Assembly (NCBI GenBank): GCA_026770705.1 | Contig: JANJGN010000034.1 | Span: forward strand, 11,470,001-11,534,000 | Origin: Isurus oxyrinchus | Taxonomy: Eukaryota | Length of the DNA: 64,000 nucleotides | Direction of reading: 5' to 3' | Shown: positions 49,401 through 64,000 of the stretch, one piece after another | How the letters are laid out: each line of letters opens with the position of its first letter | How positions within the stretch are numbered: the first letter of the stretch is position 1 | The notes under the pieces: model-generated | The model's database searches: none | The model's input: only the letters and a program-made list of their open reading frames with translations | Told to the model about the DNA's origin: nothing | Position numbers and translations under genes: made by a program

Positions 49401-52400
49401 TTTCCATTTTCCTCCAATGTTTAGATCTTGGGAGATCACTTTGGATTCTGCAGTCTCTGATACCTAATTTCCCAATTTGCATTGACTCTGCTCAATCAGC
49501 TAAAGTGATGATATTTGCAGGGAAACTGTGGTCTAACACACAGTACTGTACATTGAATAGTAAAGGCCACCAAGACAGATTCAGTAAATTTCCCTTCAGC
49601 CCACCCAGTCTTCAGTGACCACTGTGAGTCACAGTTACTCATTAAAACTCTCTCCCTCACGAGGCACTTTAGCTCATCACTTTCGAAATCCAACGCCTCT
49701 TCTCCTGAGTAGCTTTAGTTCACAGGGTTGAAAATTCTGCAATCCGAACACAAATTACTGGCATACTTCCAGCTCTTTTGCAGATGGTTAGTTTCACTAA
49801 ATTGGCACTGCTGTGCATTACTACAAACTTAGTCTACCAGTTGCACTGAGCTATAAATGGTTTCCAAGGTTTCTCTGCGCCCTAGCTGCCTCACACAGAA
49901 CCAGCAACATTCCACGACCATCTGAGCTCCCAGTTCTTCTCTGAACCTGAAGTGCCTGGAGTCTGCTTAGTGTTCTGAAGCATCATTTGACTACATCAAC
50001 TGTTTGAAAGGGGCACTGCAGTTCAGTTCTGATCATGTAAGATGATATGAGATTACATGCTGCATGATTTCTGGATAATGAGTGACCAGGCCTCACCATC
50101 ACCTGAACCGAATGAAGTGAAAAATGATGAGGACCTCAGTTACATGTTTAGATTGCAGATGCTCTGCTTGCCCTCCTGGGAGACAAAACATCTGATATCG
50201 GTAACATGATAGATAAGCATAAATATCATGAAGTGTATGGACAGAGTTTTTTCGCGAGAGGCTGTTTCCTTTGATGGAAGCATCGAGAAACACAGGACAC
50301 TGATTTATAGGGAATGGGGAATGAGGAGACGCTTCTTTCATTAGTGGGTCGTTACGATGCAGAATACACTGTCAGAGACTATGATGGAGGCACATTCAAT
50401 CATGGCTTTAAGAAGGCTTTTGTGCCAAAAATGAAAACATATGGGGAAAGGGCAGCGTAGTGGCACCACATGCAATTCTGTCACAGAGAGCTGGCACAGA
50501 TATGGCAGGCTGAATGGTCTCCCTCTATGCTACAAATATTCAATGATTCACGGAGGAATTTCAACATGAATCGAAGGAAGAGCAAGTACGGTATTAAGCA
50601 ACATACCCCTTACGTTAGTGAGGAAATTGCCTCCATATAACAATGTTCCACCTCCCCTCCCCCCAGCACCCCATGCAAAACCAAACAACATGTGTTGCAA
50701 TACAGAGAATCGATCTTCGTTGGTCCGTTTTTTTTTTCAATTCCACCAATAACTTATGCCTTTGTTCACAAATCCCAAGCCGTGCAAACTCTGTTTCTAA
50801 CTGTCTCTGTTGAATAGAAAGCTCTCATTTTACTTGTGCATCTAATGCTTGAATGTGGTTAGTCAGAAGGAAGTCCAAATGTTGCAGCCACTTGTACGGC
50901 AAAAGTGGCTCTGCAAACAGATATTTTTCACTTCTTATCTCACGATGTCACCTTTCCGCAGATGGAGTAATAATTTGTCAGAACCTTTCAGAATACTGAC
51001 ATGGTTCTCAGAAATTGGACCTTTCAAAATTACACTCACTGGTCTTATAGTTATTGAGCGGGGAAGTATTGTTTCATGAGTAGCTGACAGCGGTGCACAA
51101 TCCAAAGGGAAGACTCATTAGACCATCCTGTTTGACATTTATCCTGCAGCCATGAGATTATCGTGATTTCGGGACCATGTTATTTTACTGCGGTGAAATG
51201 AATTGCTCTAAAATCAGGCAACGTGAGCAGCAACATTGTTCATTTCCTGGGACTTTGCATGTGGATAGAAGCAACACAAAATCATTTGAAGCCAATTTTC
51301 AGTCCCTCGTATTTTGTGCAACATTGTCAAGAGTGGCCAATTATCTGACGGGCAGGAAATGGTGGAGTTTTCTGCTCGTCAGTACTTAAAAGAATAGAAC
51401 TTGCCTAAGGCGGATGGAGACGGCAAAGCAGCCAGTATGCCATGCAGAGCAATAAAACTAGTGGAGGAAAAGGTGGGAGGTATGGCTCACCATTGTTTGG
51501 AAGCTGCTTTCAGAAACGTTGCAATATAATACGTAGAATTTAAGCTCTTAGCAGCTAAGTTGACCGATCAGGGCCGTGCCAGCTTCCATGGACCGAATGA
51601 AAGCCCTCCCACGCTTTTTCACCCAAACCTTATCAACAATTTCCACCATATACTTGGCCAGCTTCTACCAAAACTGATCGATGCTACTTGACTCAACATT
51701 CCCTGTTGCCAAATCCCACATTCTAAGCATTCTCTAGTTGTACAGCTTTGACCTGAATTCCTTCTCTCTTCAGTCACCGTGCCCCAAGAAACGGGTTGGT
51801 GACCATGGATTTGAACGAATCACATTGTTTCTCAAAGTGCTGCAGTGGTTTGCCATTGCCATCTGCAACATGGCTCAACAAGACAGTCTCCTGCTCCGAC
51901 GGACTGCTGCGTGGCGTGTTGGAAAGGGTTAACAGGATACTAATCAACCCGCCTGCCCACCGTATGAACACACCATCTATTTCCATCAAGACTTGGAGTG
52001 AGATTTGAACCAGGGCCTTCTGGCTCAGAAGCAGGGGCACTTACAAGCATGCAACAAGACTTCCCCTCAAATTCAAAACTGGGCATATTTGTTTCAAGAT
52101 TATACTTAGGGCTCCAAAATTTGATTCGTCCTAAAGTGGAAGCATATTCTCCAGGTTTACTCTTTCAAATGCCTTCAACATTTTAAGGACCTCAGGAAAG
52201 TGCCGCGGCCTATTTAGCCTTTCTTGATATTTAACACCTTTCAGTTTCGGTATCATGCTAGTAAATTCTGCACATTACAGTCTTAGGATTTAAATTTGTA
52301 ATTCGATTATTAGGAAAAGTATTGACAGCTACGCAAGTCCAACAATTATCCATGTTTCGAATTCTGGCAATTTTTTAAGTTGCTCATATCATCATTCAGA

Positions 52401-55400
52401 GAAGTACTGAACTGGTCACCTCTTTAAAGTGCAGATGGCATATTGCATCATAGATTAGAAAGCAGTGACACTGAATGTTCAGACTCAAATCGTTCATTGT
52501 TTCAGCCGAACTTGGCAGGTTTAGGGGAAGTTCTCCAACTGCTGACTTATCAATGTGAAACTGCAGGGCCAAAGGAAAGACCGAAGACTTGGAGGGAAAG
52601 AGCAACCTCTTGTATCTGAGAGCAACATGTTCCTGAGGCAGGGGGCCAGAACAAATTCAAACACTTAAACCAAACTTTAGGCACGAGGCACTAGATGATT
52701 TATGCTCTGCTTCCCAATCATTATTCATTTTAGTACTTTCAGTATAACACCTTGTCGAGATAAAATGTGCACTGAAGCAGAGACAGGTTTAGAGTTTGTG
52801 AGAGTGGGGCAACGAGACAAAGCGAAAGAAAAAGAGAGAGTCTCACTGTGGTATAGATATGGACAGAGTGAGAGATAGGGAGGGAGTGGCAGAGGGACGC
52901 ACTAAGTGAAAATTGAGGAAAGGTTGCAGGACGGGGGCATGGGGTGGTGGTGGCAGCAGAGAAGGGGACAGGGAAGGGAGTCAAACTTTTAGGAGAAATT
53001 AAATATATTTCTTTATTATACGTAAGTCTCCAGACAGCCATTACTGCTAAACATATTAACAGTTGAACCTTGCCAGGTGAACATTGCACAGCCTTGACAG
53101 CCAGGCTCGAGGCAAAGGTTGGCATAAATTAGATTAAGTGCTCCTCTCTCAGATAAGGAAGGGGCAAAATGGTGTTGACTAAGATATGGGAAGATGAACA
53201 ATGGACAAAGAGGGGGCTTTGAGGAAACACAAACAGTCTTGAGTTGCAAGAATCAAGGTTCATATATATGTGCCTTAATTCTGATTGGATAGCAAATATA
53301 TATATACATGCTTTAGAATAATTGGAAAGGAAAATCGCATGTTTATGCACTCAACAGGATAGTGATAGTATGGAATCAATGTTGGTGGTTATGAATTGGA
53401 TGTCTTCAAATGAACTCAAATATATTATGATAAGAAAAAGTACAAAAGCAATGAAATGTAATTGATCTGGGAACTAGGTCTCCATTCTTAGGCATGATTG
53501 CGCCCTCTTGCATATCTTTGAATAATGCTGGTTCAATGAAGCCTGAGTCTCGTGTGGTCATTGCGGCATCAGAGAGTGCAACATCCCCTCTTCACAAAAA
53601 AAGAAACGAGAGAGGCAAATGGACAATTGGATTCATTGAAGTGAAGGATGGGGATACAGTCCTTGCACACACTAATTATGTGTTAATGTAGAATGGCTCC
53701 TGCAGCAACATCAGTCTCCTCCCTTATGTTGTTTCCGTTCTCCATTGATTATCCTGTACTTGGAAGAGAGAGGCACTATTTAAAGAGGCTCATTGTCATT
53801 CATAAGGCCGGAGAAAACGTAGCCAGATCGTGGTTTGCTGGATCTAACAAGATTACTGCTGCTGATGCCTTGAGTTTTCTTTAAGGTTTCTTTCAGAGCT
53901 TCTAATAGCTATAAATAATCGGGAAACATTTACTCCTTTTTTTTCAATTCATCCACGGGGTGTGAAGGTTGCTGACTGGGCTATCACTTAATGCCCATCC
54001 CTAATTGCCATTCAGATGGTGCTGGTGAGATGATATTTTGAAGCGCTGCACTCCCTGTGGTGTAGGTACAACCACAGTGCTGTTAGGAAGGGAGTTCCAG
54101 GATTTTGACTCAGCGACAGTGAAGGAACGGCCGATATATTTCCAAGTCAGGTTGTTGAGTGGCTTGGAGGGGAACTTCCAGGTGGTGGTGCTCCCATGTG
54201 TCTGCTGCCCTTGTCCTGCTAGATGGTAGTGGTTGTGGATTTGGAAGTTGATGTCCAAGGAGCCTTCTGAATTCTTAAAGTGCACCTTGTGCATGGCACA
54301 CACTTCTGCCACTGTGCGTCGGTGGTGGAGGGAATGAATGTTTGTGGATGGGATGCCAATCAAGCTGGCTGCTTTTTCCTGGATGGTGTCAAGCTTCTTG
54401 AGTCTTGTGGGAGCTGCACTCGTCCAGGCCAATGGGGAGTATTCCACCAGCAGGGCATTGATTTTGTGGGAATCAGTGATGCTAATACCATTGAACATCA
54501 AGGGCGATGGTTCGATTCTCTGTTTTTGGAAATGTCATTGGCTGGTGTTTGTGTGGTGTGAATGTTATCGGCTACTCGTCATCCCAAGCCAGGATATTGG
54601 CCAGGTCTGGCCGCATTTGGACATGGAGTGCGTCAGCATCTGTGGAATCGTGAATGGTGCTGGGCATTGTGCAATCATATGCAAATCATTCATATTTTAC
54701 TATCATGCATGGATTCTATGTCCTGTTTAATAATTCATTACTTCTCTCTGTTTCCTATGTCAGAATACCAGACGTCAAACTCCATAGCATAAATTCATGA
54801 AACATACACCTTTATATCACATAAATACATAGTTCTATACATATTTTAACAAAAGCATGAAAAATTATGAATGGATATATTCGGCACCTGGAGATAATAA
54901 TACTTATCCAACATAGGCATGCTGGGTCAATAACGATGCATGGTTTAGGGTGCGGCAGATGCTGATGTTTATCTGTGAGTTGAAGTTTCACAGGATGGAG
55001 GATATGAGACTGTAATGGATAGAAAATGAGCTTACACATCAAAATTGGTGTGGAGTTTGGCACCGGTTACAGCCTTCCAACAATTGCTGGGAAAATGGGG
55101 ATCTAAAGGCTACAGAGGTTTCCACCTGAAGGTGATCCATTTATCCTGATTCTCCGCTTCCTGGCCAATGGCCTTAATCTACCTACTGATTGACTAAAGG
55201 CAGCTGCATCTCATTCATGGTTTAATGTTCAACAAACAATGTGACATCACAGAAATAGAGGAGAGTCGTGGTGGTTGGCACAGAGGGAGAGATGGATGTT
55301 TAGAGCAAGTAGGTGGAAACAGATCCGATATCAAGGAATTTTGCCTCCGGAAGATAACAGGTACATGAGGTAAAGCTGCACAGGAATAATTCAGTGGTTT

Positions 55401-58400
55401 AATTGAAAGGCAGTAGATGGAGAGAATAGCCATATCTGCAAGTTTGCTGCCTTGATTTGGATCTCTTCTAGTGTTACTAAGGAATAGCAGTCCCACTGAG
55501 TTCGAAACTTAAGAATGATAGTTTTGTTGACTATACTGAAGAATGCAAACTGGCTGCAGAACCATACACGGTGCTCCATGACCAGGGAAAGACAGCTTGC
55601 TCTGCATCCGCCCAGGGCAGCTTCAGTGTTGCAGTCGGGATGCAAGCTGCAGCAGGGAGAAATAAGTTGGGAGTCGGCTTAAATAGAGAAATGTATGTGA
55701 TGTGTATCCATGTTCGGCATCTCTAGAGAGGAATGGGAATATCAATATGGGTGCTAGATTGCAGTTGCGGGTAGGGATTTTGGGGTTTTCTTGTGGGAAG
55801 TTATTGCTAACATTAGTGTTGAAAATTAGAACTTCCAAACTCAATAATGTTAAACTGGCAGCTGGAGTGATCTAGAGAGGCAGGAAAGGAATATGAATAG
55901 GTGATGAGACTCACTGATGTGATGAGACAAGGAACGATCGGAGATCTAACAGGAACTTCAAGGCAAGGAGAAATGCAAAGCATCGGTAATAAAGACAAAA
56001 TACGACACATGCGTGGAACCTGAAGCAAAAACAAAAAAATGCTGGAAAAACGCAGCAGGTCTGAAAGCATCTGTGAAGAGAGAGACTGAGTTAACGTTTC
56101 GAGTCCATTTGACTCTACTTCAGATCTACTAGCATGGGGAGTGTTTGGTTCCGTGGAAAAGTGGTTGGAAAAAGCGGTCAGTGAAACCAATGGTCGAAAC
56201 ATTTGTGACCAACATGAACTCCTCGAACTTATAATTAGCATAAAATTTCGAAGGCTGTTGTTTCCAGCACAATTTGATTCCTAAAATGTCATGAATCAGT
56301 CAAATTGTCTCTCAACCATTGGTTTCATGAAGGAATAATTGCGGTTTGCTCTTCCATGTCAATATTTGTGAAACTCTGAATGCTACTCGATTGCACAATG
56401 AATTCACCTGTCTGAACTCTTACATTCCAGAATATTTCTGCCCATCCAACGCCCCGCTGGGTTCTGTCACATTTCCTCTATTGGAACAAAGGATTCATTT
56501 ATCAATCACACAATGCTGAGTGCAGTGAGACCCAGCAGACTGACGCAGCAGGGTTAATATTTGATTAAGTTTGCATTTTGGACGACGAACGATTGCATAT
56601 TTAAAACAGTAGTGAAAATCTATTTAAATAAAAGAACGTCCATGAATATTCCGGCTTTCCTTTCATACCCAACAATTAATTCATTTTGCTTCCATTTTTT
56701 TTTAGTTTCCAGTTCCTTCTTTCACTCAGTCGGAAGTTGCAACTTCCCTAAAATTATTCCTGTATTTTTTGAAGGCGCTAAGAAGGTACTTCATGTTTTA
56801 CTTCCTCGGGAACTTTCACACAAGCTATTAATCCCTTATGGAGAGCTGACAGTTTCATTTCATCTCAAGCTGCATTAAACATAACAACAATGGTTAAAAA
56901 ACGCTATTTCACTGCATCATTACCATGCGCCAAAATTTGTCTTGCTCCATTTGCCAATAAATGTGCAGTTCAACAAAGATCCATTTTGTTCTTAGTTACT
57001 TCCAAGACGGAATTTGCACAAACGGCAGCTAAAATCCACATGCAAATGAGTTTGCAGTTTATTCTGAACTCATCTGTTTCATGATTTCCCTATGGTGGAA
57101 ACACTAAATTCTGAAACAAATTAGACAGGCTTCTCAAAGCCTATTTAGGGAGCTATGTTCCAGTACCTCAACTTAAATGTCTCAATTAGTGTGGGGTGAG
57201 GAGGGGATGTGGGGGTGTGGGGGGAGGGCTGGAGAGGGAGTCGGGGAGGCGTGGGGTGCAAATGTTGGTTTGAAAGCGTTCAGTTCAGCCCCACAGGCAT
57301 TAGTTGTCATGGTAACAAGAACTTCACAATCAATGAATTGATGTAAATATACAGATTAAGACATTGGCCACAAACTATGGCGATGGTCTACAATGTGGGA
57401 AGATGTGAGGCTGTTTTGAGGGCTCAGGGAATAAAAAAAATGGCTTACTTTACAAAAGTCGAGTGACATGTGGACAGAGGAAAAGCCATTCAGTCCCGCA
57501 GATCTGTTTTACCATTCAATGGGAGCATGGTGCATTTAGTCATAGAGTTTTACAGACAGAAAAGAGGCCCTTGGGCCCATCTTGTCCACGCCAGCCATCA
57601 AGCTCCTCTATAATCTAATCCCATTTTCCAGCACTTGGCCCGTAGCCTTGTGTGCTGTGACGTTTGAAGTATTCATCTAAATACTTCTGAAATGTTCATA
57701 GAGTTCCTCCCTCTACCAGCCCCTCAGGAAGTGAGTTCCAGGTATCCTCCAACCTCTGGTGATTTTTTTCCCTCAAATTCCCTCTAAATCTCCTGCCCCT
57801 TACCTTACACCCTTGGCCAATGATTATTGACCCTTCCACTAAGGGCAAAGGTTTATTCCTGTCTCGCCTATCAGCGTCGAGATAACATGTAACCTTAGGG
57901 CACTAGAAGCTCCTGCACGAATGTTGGAAATGATGAAAGTCAAAAAAGAAATGAACTCTCCTGAAACCAATTCCACGAATACTGGCCAAGGAAATGAAAG
58001 GGGTTTGCTTTGGAATGAAGAGCATATAAGGAGGGTTTATATTAGAGTTTCAGTTATGTCATGATTTTGTGCCTTATTCAATGGTCACCGCCCATTTGGA
58101 TGCGAATTCATGGTCCAATCACCTTTCTGATAACATGTCCTGTTCCGCACTGCCTTCCCTTGTCCTCTCCCACACACCAATACCCAAATGGAATGCTGTC
58201 CCCTCCCCTACTCCCATTACCAGTGAACTCCACAGCTCCCATCACCAGACCCTTCTGCACTGATCTCACCAGTCCCTCTGACACTCATATCACATAGCCT
58301 GCACCACACTCCAGCCTTAGATCCACTTCCTCGCCCCTCTCAGAATTCCATCCACAAAACTCATCCTCCTTGACTAGTTTGCCCAGTCCTGTCACCCACT

Positions 58401-58987
58401 CCGATCACTTTTTCACATTTCGAGTCTAATCAACTTACACCTCTCCCACTCTGATCCCTTTAGTTTCTCACAAGCAGGAAGCTAATGGGAGATAGCTGCC
58501 AACAAGAAAGAAGCGTGAATTAGAGAGTGGACTTGTAGGCTTGCTTGCTGTCTCAGCAAGAGGTGTGGAGGTTTGTGTGGTTGAGGATATAGCATATATT
58601 GTTAACACACAGCTATATACATATCTCCAAGGTATAGCCCAAGGTATAGCTGTTTTCATGCTGACTGCTCTCAGACTCTCTACACACTGTATACTATCAT
58701 GTGATACTCTACATCACAATCTGGGCAGTATTGCTCTCTAGTCCCATATTAACTCCTGCATGCCCAACTATACTTATACTAAATTGACTTCGTCAATGTT
58801 CATGAGTGACATTGGGTGCACAGCTCTGGGTGGGCGGTTATCAGAATCGGCAGCCTCCGTGCACTCCTCCTATCCTCCCCATGCGTAAACCGCATTGCTG
58901 ATTGTGGTGTCTTCGCGCAAGCGCAGAGCGAAACGCCATATCACTTGCCAGGGAAATTCTTTCGCTTGTTTGCGCTCTTGTGGGCGC

Positions 58988-59764
58988 AGTGTAATCTCCA
59001 CCGTCCCACACTGTCAAGGGCTTCAGTAGGAGTGATCCGTTAGACAGGACCAAGGCTGTATTCAATTGTATTTTTTTAATTGTGAAGCTGGACGGACCGT
59101 TCCACACCAAGAATTTTGTCTTCCCGAAGTACCACGACCAACTCTTCACACCATCTGAGGGTTTAACTGAAAGAAAAATGCTGTTTTTCCGAAGGTCCCA
59201 TTAATCCGATTGTTTCCTGTCAGAGACAATAAAACCCTGGGGCACAGATGAGGAAAATAAACCCGCAACGAGAAAGGCGGTCACACTCGGCACATCGTTG
59301 GCTTTTCTGTAACGATGTTGATAGTGTAATCTCCACTGTCCGAACCTCTCACTGAATTCAGCAGGAGGGATCCGTAAGGGAGGAATACCTCAGCACGTTC
59401 ATAGCGTTCAATAGTTCTACCAGAGCCTGCATGGAGCCACTTCGCGATACTTTTGTCCCCGAATTGCCATCTCCCATTCCGCACCACAGCTGACGGCTCC
59501 ACCCGAAAAATCTACAGTGTTTCCTCCCACGGTCGCTTTAATCCGACTGTGTACTGAGGAGAGAAATCCAAAGTAATAAGAGCGGTCAAACTCCACACAA
59601 CCTACACTTTTCGAAAGTGATAATAATAACATCCACTGATTTGCCCTGAGAATCTCGTGCTCTCATTCTTCTCCAAACCTTAGCAAGAGAGATACGAGAA
59701 AGTGATCCTCACCCACAGGTATCAATAAATAAACATTTTCCATGCTAAGTGTCAGTCTCCACAT
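58988..59764 (-). pseudogene. Gene B, copy 2: leader (59764-59713) plus N1 (59553-~59284) and N2 (59216-~58988)
   Basis: Leader MWRLTLSMENVYLLIPV-G|gtgag is open. N1 and N2 carry the same frameshifts as copy 1. Confidence 0.88.
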
Positions 59765-61452
59765 CCCGAGAGAAACGCGCAAGTCCCTATTACACTCGGT
59801 GACCGATCCGCTCTCCCGCTGTACAGGGCAGATCAATTTAATCGTTTACTGAAGTAGCAATACTGATTGGACCGTGGCTTGTTCATCTGTGCTGAAACTC
59901 ATTCACAGATGCTGAACATTTATGTGCTGGGCATGGTTGACATCCGAAGAAAATGCATTTCTATTGGGCCGAGTGCTGGTCACTTGCCTGGCATCTCATT
60001 CTACAGAGAGGGAGCTGCTATAATCCAGTAATATATTCGAAATATTGATGCGCGTGGCGTTTCTTTTAGTGCTCAGTCGCTATTTGTTGTTTTGGCAGAG
60101 TAACATTGGAGAGTGGGTGCAGACACGATGGAGCGAATGTCCTCCTTGTGTACCGTTAAAACTCCGTGATTCTGTGACTGAGATATTCATTCAAGAACAG
60201 AAAGTTACGACCTTCCTGACTGATGCACTGAGGAACCTCCGTGAGCTGCTTATATCCCCTGCGATTACTGCGTTCCTCCAATTCCCATCTCTGGTACATC
60301 CCAGATTTTAAGCACTCTACAATGGTGAACCTGCTGCTCTGTTCCCTCAGTCCTAAACTCTGGGAATCTGCTCCCGAACTTTTCCACCTCTCTACCTCTA
60401 TGTACTCAAGACCCTCCCTAAAACCTTCCCCTTTGACCAATGTTTTAGACAACTGTCCTAATGTCTTCTGCTTTTGCCCGGGTTCAAAATTGATTACGTA
60501 ACAGGACTACGAACTGTTACGACTGGAGCCGATGTAATTTACTGAGCAAACCAATCCCCAGTGAGAAATTTGTTTGACTGATGATAAACTTTTTAACGAT
60601 GAAAAAGACGGCTGATCCCAGAAGCACAGAATACCAGTAACACTTCTATTACTTAAAGATTTAAAATACTATTAACAACAAGAAAAAAATCCTTAAGCAC
60701 ACAAGATTAAAGTTGCAGAGTTAATACAATTTTACAAAACATCCTTCCTCCCACCACCCCCGCAAAGCACCCGCTTCGTCAGAACACTCAAGTGAACTCC
60801 TTGGCAACATCTCCCATATAGATTTAATCTATTAAAATCCTTTGCTATTACCCAATCCATGAAATGCTGTCACGTTAGTAAAGAGACAGGACAAGACTTC
60901 TCATTCTCTTCCATTGCTTGGAAATCCAATAAAGTTCAGGAAACAAACTGTTGTCTGAGATAAAGACTTTTCTGGTCCCACTGGCTGATTGTTTCTGGTT
61001 TCACAGCTTTTCTCAGCAGAGTTGGTCTCAGGGCTTACACGCAACAAACCCTTCCCCATACACATAGCCACGACTACTCATCTAAACATGTTTCCTTAAA
61101 TATCTTTTTTTTTACCTTTCATCTTAGCTCTCATTGCTCTCAAACGCCTCTTTGAACTCATTTTTTCCCAAACTATGAAAATTTTTCATGTTTACCTATT
61201 GCCTCTACTTTCGTGTCCAATATAATTGAGTAGTTTACCCTTGTTTGCTTATGAACTCTTTGTAAACTGTTAAAGTCCCTTTTCACTTCTTTGAAATCCA
61301 ACAGCTGATAAGTCAAGATGCGATGTATCTCATAATGCAAATTGTAAATCCACTTCACTAGCGCCCCACATTACAAATGTATGTGTCTAGCGCCATTACA
61401 CTTCTATCTCTCAACTCCCAAGAAAAATTGCCTATATGAACAACTTAATTAA

Positions 61453-61624
61453 NNNNNNNNNNNNNNNNNNNNNNNNNNNNNNNNNNNNNNNNNNNNNNNN
61501 NNNNNNNNNNNNNNNNNNNNNNNNNNNNNNNNNNNNNNNNNNNNNNNNNNNNNNNNNNNNNNNNNNNNNNNNNNNNNNNNNNNNNNNNNNNNNNNNNNNN
61601 NNNNNNNNNNNNNNNNNNNNNNNN
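61453..61624. other. N run, 172 nt, at the paralogous position
   Basis: Identical flanks (cttaattaa / ttgacagg) to the first run. Confidence 0.99.
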
Positions 61625-64000
61625 TTGACAGGATATCATCATACTCCCTTACAATTAAAAACAATCACGTTCATCGTCTTACCTCCCTCAAGGTAAAAAA
61701 TCTGAAACGTTTATTTCAAAAAGACGTTTTCATTTGCTCAACTCACTTCGTATTACTTCCTATTCATATCTATACAAAAAATACTGTTACACTAGGGTGC
61801 TCATGCATCAACCTTGAATAAATAAACAATTGTTTTGTAAGAATAAAGTTCATTCCAATCCATTCACAATTTACCAACATCTAAGCAATTTTGAATGCTA
61901 GCTCTTGACAGCGCAGCTGCAATTAAATTCTCTCGCCCAACCACGAGCATCATTTTTAAATTGAACATTTGCAATAACAAATTCCACCAGAACAGTCTGG
62001 TGTCTTGGTCTCGAAACTCTTCCAGAAACTACAAAGGATTATAGTTAGCATATAAAACTGTTTCTGAAGTGTTGTTTGCACATACACATTGAAATGATAG
62101 AAAGCTAAACCCAAACTTAAAGTCTCCTTTTCTAGAGCTGAGTGTTTCTTCTGATGCATATTCAAATGTGAGACATGTCCTGCTGGTTTCTCAAGTCCCA
62201 GTTCACTTTCCTGTAACGACATAGTGCCAACATCTACATTTCTACATCGCACATTTACCTGGATGATACCATGGAATAAATGGTTGAATTATGGAGATAA
62301 TGTGATCTTCCATTTCATGAGCTTTGGAAGCTGGTGGAAGATCTGAATGAGAAGTTTAATATTTTAAGCGGACCTAGTTGATAGATAGAGAAAAAAAATT
62401 GCCTCTGCACGAAGAATCAAGGTTACCAAGACATAGTCTAAATTTCGAAGTTGCTTCGAGGGGAATGAGCGTTGTTCATATGTTGCTCATCGCTAGTGCA
62501 CCAGAAGCTATTAACGGTCTTCTAATTAAAGCACTGAGTTGAACAACAGAGCAGAGGTGTGGCTGGAGGCCATAATGTTTCACCATCATAGGCTGCAGGA
62601 GGCTTAGAGGAAAGGGCTCAGTGATCAAAGTAACAAAGTGTGACATCTGAAAATGATTACGGCATTGGTATTGCTCTGTCAGACAGGAAAACCGGCTTCC
62701 AGAAAGAGAGACAGTGATGGATGATGCGAAAATGAATGGTGCTTATCATTACTTTCTAGACTGATCCGAGAGTAATTCGGCAGCTTCGGTGTGGGAATGT
62801 GATGCTTGATGTATCCCACTGAGATTTGGTTAAGTATAGCTCAACCAGTTGTGTGCAGAAACAATAATGGCAATTCCCTGATGAAATAGAGACAGGTGTC
62901 ATTGCAAGGGGGACAACCCGAATTGGAAACAGCAAAGTTATTCCTGGAAACAGTAGATTAAAGCTGTGGATAAGTTATTGGTTGAATACATTGCCAACTG
63001 CAGATGTTTCACGATGAATTGAAAGGAAGAGGTCAGCCAGCTGACACATTGAAAGCGGCTTCGTCAATGAAAAGCAGACAGATTTTTTTCTGTTTCCAGA
63101 GGAAATCAATAAGGGAAGTGGGGAGCAATTTGTAAGTGTGTGATGAAGACAATCGACGTCGGGAATCCAGTTCATAGGTGGCACTGTATATCAATAGCAG
63201 GAATTATGTGAAGGGAGTGGTTTACTGATCTCAGAATGGGACTGACTTCAGAGGAGGGAAGGCAAACTGAGCTTAGATGCAGACTCAAATCATAAACGCA
63301 AGCAATCGCTCATTAGAGATTGGGAAAGATATCTAGTGGTGCATTATGCTGGTGGCAGTTTAAAAATATATATAAAGGAGACGGAGCGAAATCTACTGTA
63401 ACAGCATCCTCATGGATTTGTTTCCTCCTGCTGTAGCGAATCGCGAGCCAACAATGCCCTGGAAGTCAGCAAGAAGGTTACCGTCTGTGGAAGCAAAATG
63501 GAAATAATTTTGATTCTAAGCATGTACAAACAATATTTGGTGAAATGCCTTACTTTCGGTAAATAGCATCACTTTATTACTTTTTCGTAGCAGCATTCTA
63601 AGCTGCTGCAAGGGTGAAGTGTATTAATGATGCGTAATATTATATAACCCACCAGAAACCACTGGTAAACAAGATATGATGTGTGCCCAGAAAATATAAT
63701 TACTTGAATGCTGGAAATTGGTAACAATTGGATTTGTTTCTTGAGCAATGCACATTTGGAGTTCATGCCTGATAGAGGATCATTCAATGTTATTTTAAAC
63801 CATGTGTATGAAAATTGTTCTCCAATGATGTTGCTCAGGTGCGGATTCGTTGGCATAGCAATAGATTCTAGGGACAGCGCATGACAGGAACTGGTTTGCA
63901 CAAACACAGGTACAGTTTACACCATGGGTTGCAGGTTAATCAGGAGCATAAACATTGAATTTCCTACTCTCCCCATCTTCAATGTCAGATACATGGTAGA

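Larger units (their letters stand above)
41288..64000 (+). repeat. Tandem segmental duplication, copy 2 (right end runs off the window)
   Basis: Colinear near-identical match to 1-23411, including all TE insertions and the N run. Unit length is about 41 kb. Confidence 0.98.

Overview
Repeat-rich vertebrate genomic DNA. The SINE, LINE and Harbinger repertoire points to a cartilaginous fish (shark). The long ORFs in the supplied track are mostly spurious or transposon relics; the real genes are spliced and lie on the minus strand. The window holds about 1.5 units of a ~41 kb direct tandem duplication (1-23411 matches 41288-64000). Each unit carries two CEACAM-like Ig-superfamily loci. Gene A is leader, IgV-N, IgC-A, IgC-B, TM and four cytoplasmic exons, complete at 46421->~24085, with its 5' half repeated at 5826->1660. 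Gene B is leader plus two tandem IgV-N exons. Every Ig-domain exon is disabled by frameshifts, stops or lost splice sites, and the gene A leader has no in-frame ATG. In contrast, the TM exon and four cytoplasmic exons of gene A are open, phase-compatible and GT-AG bounded, and encode a canonical ITAM (EEDSTYMGLQVHDRSVYSDL) plus an extra SAYENI tyrosine motif. The rest is decayed Gypsy, PIF/Harbinger, CR1/L2-type LINE, SINE and Penelope-type sequence. All calls come from manual reading and translation; no searches were run, and repeat boundaries are approximate.
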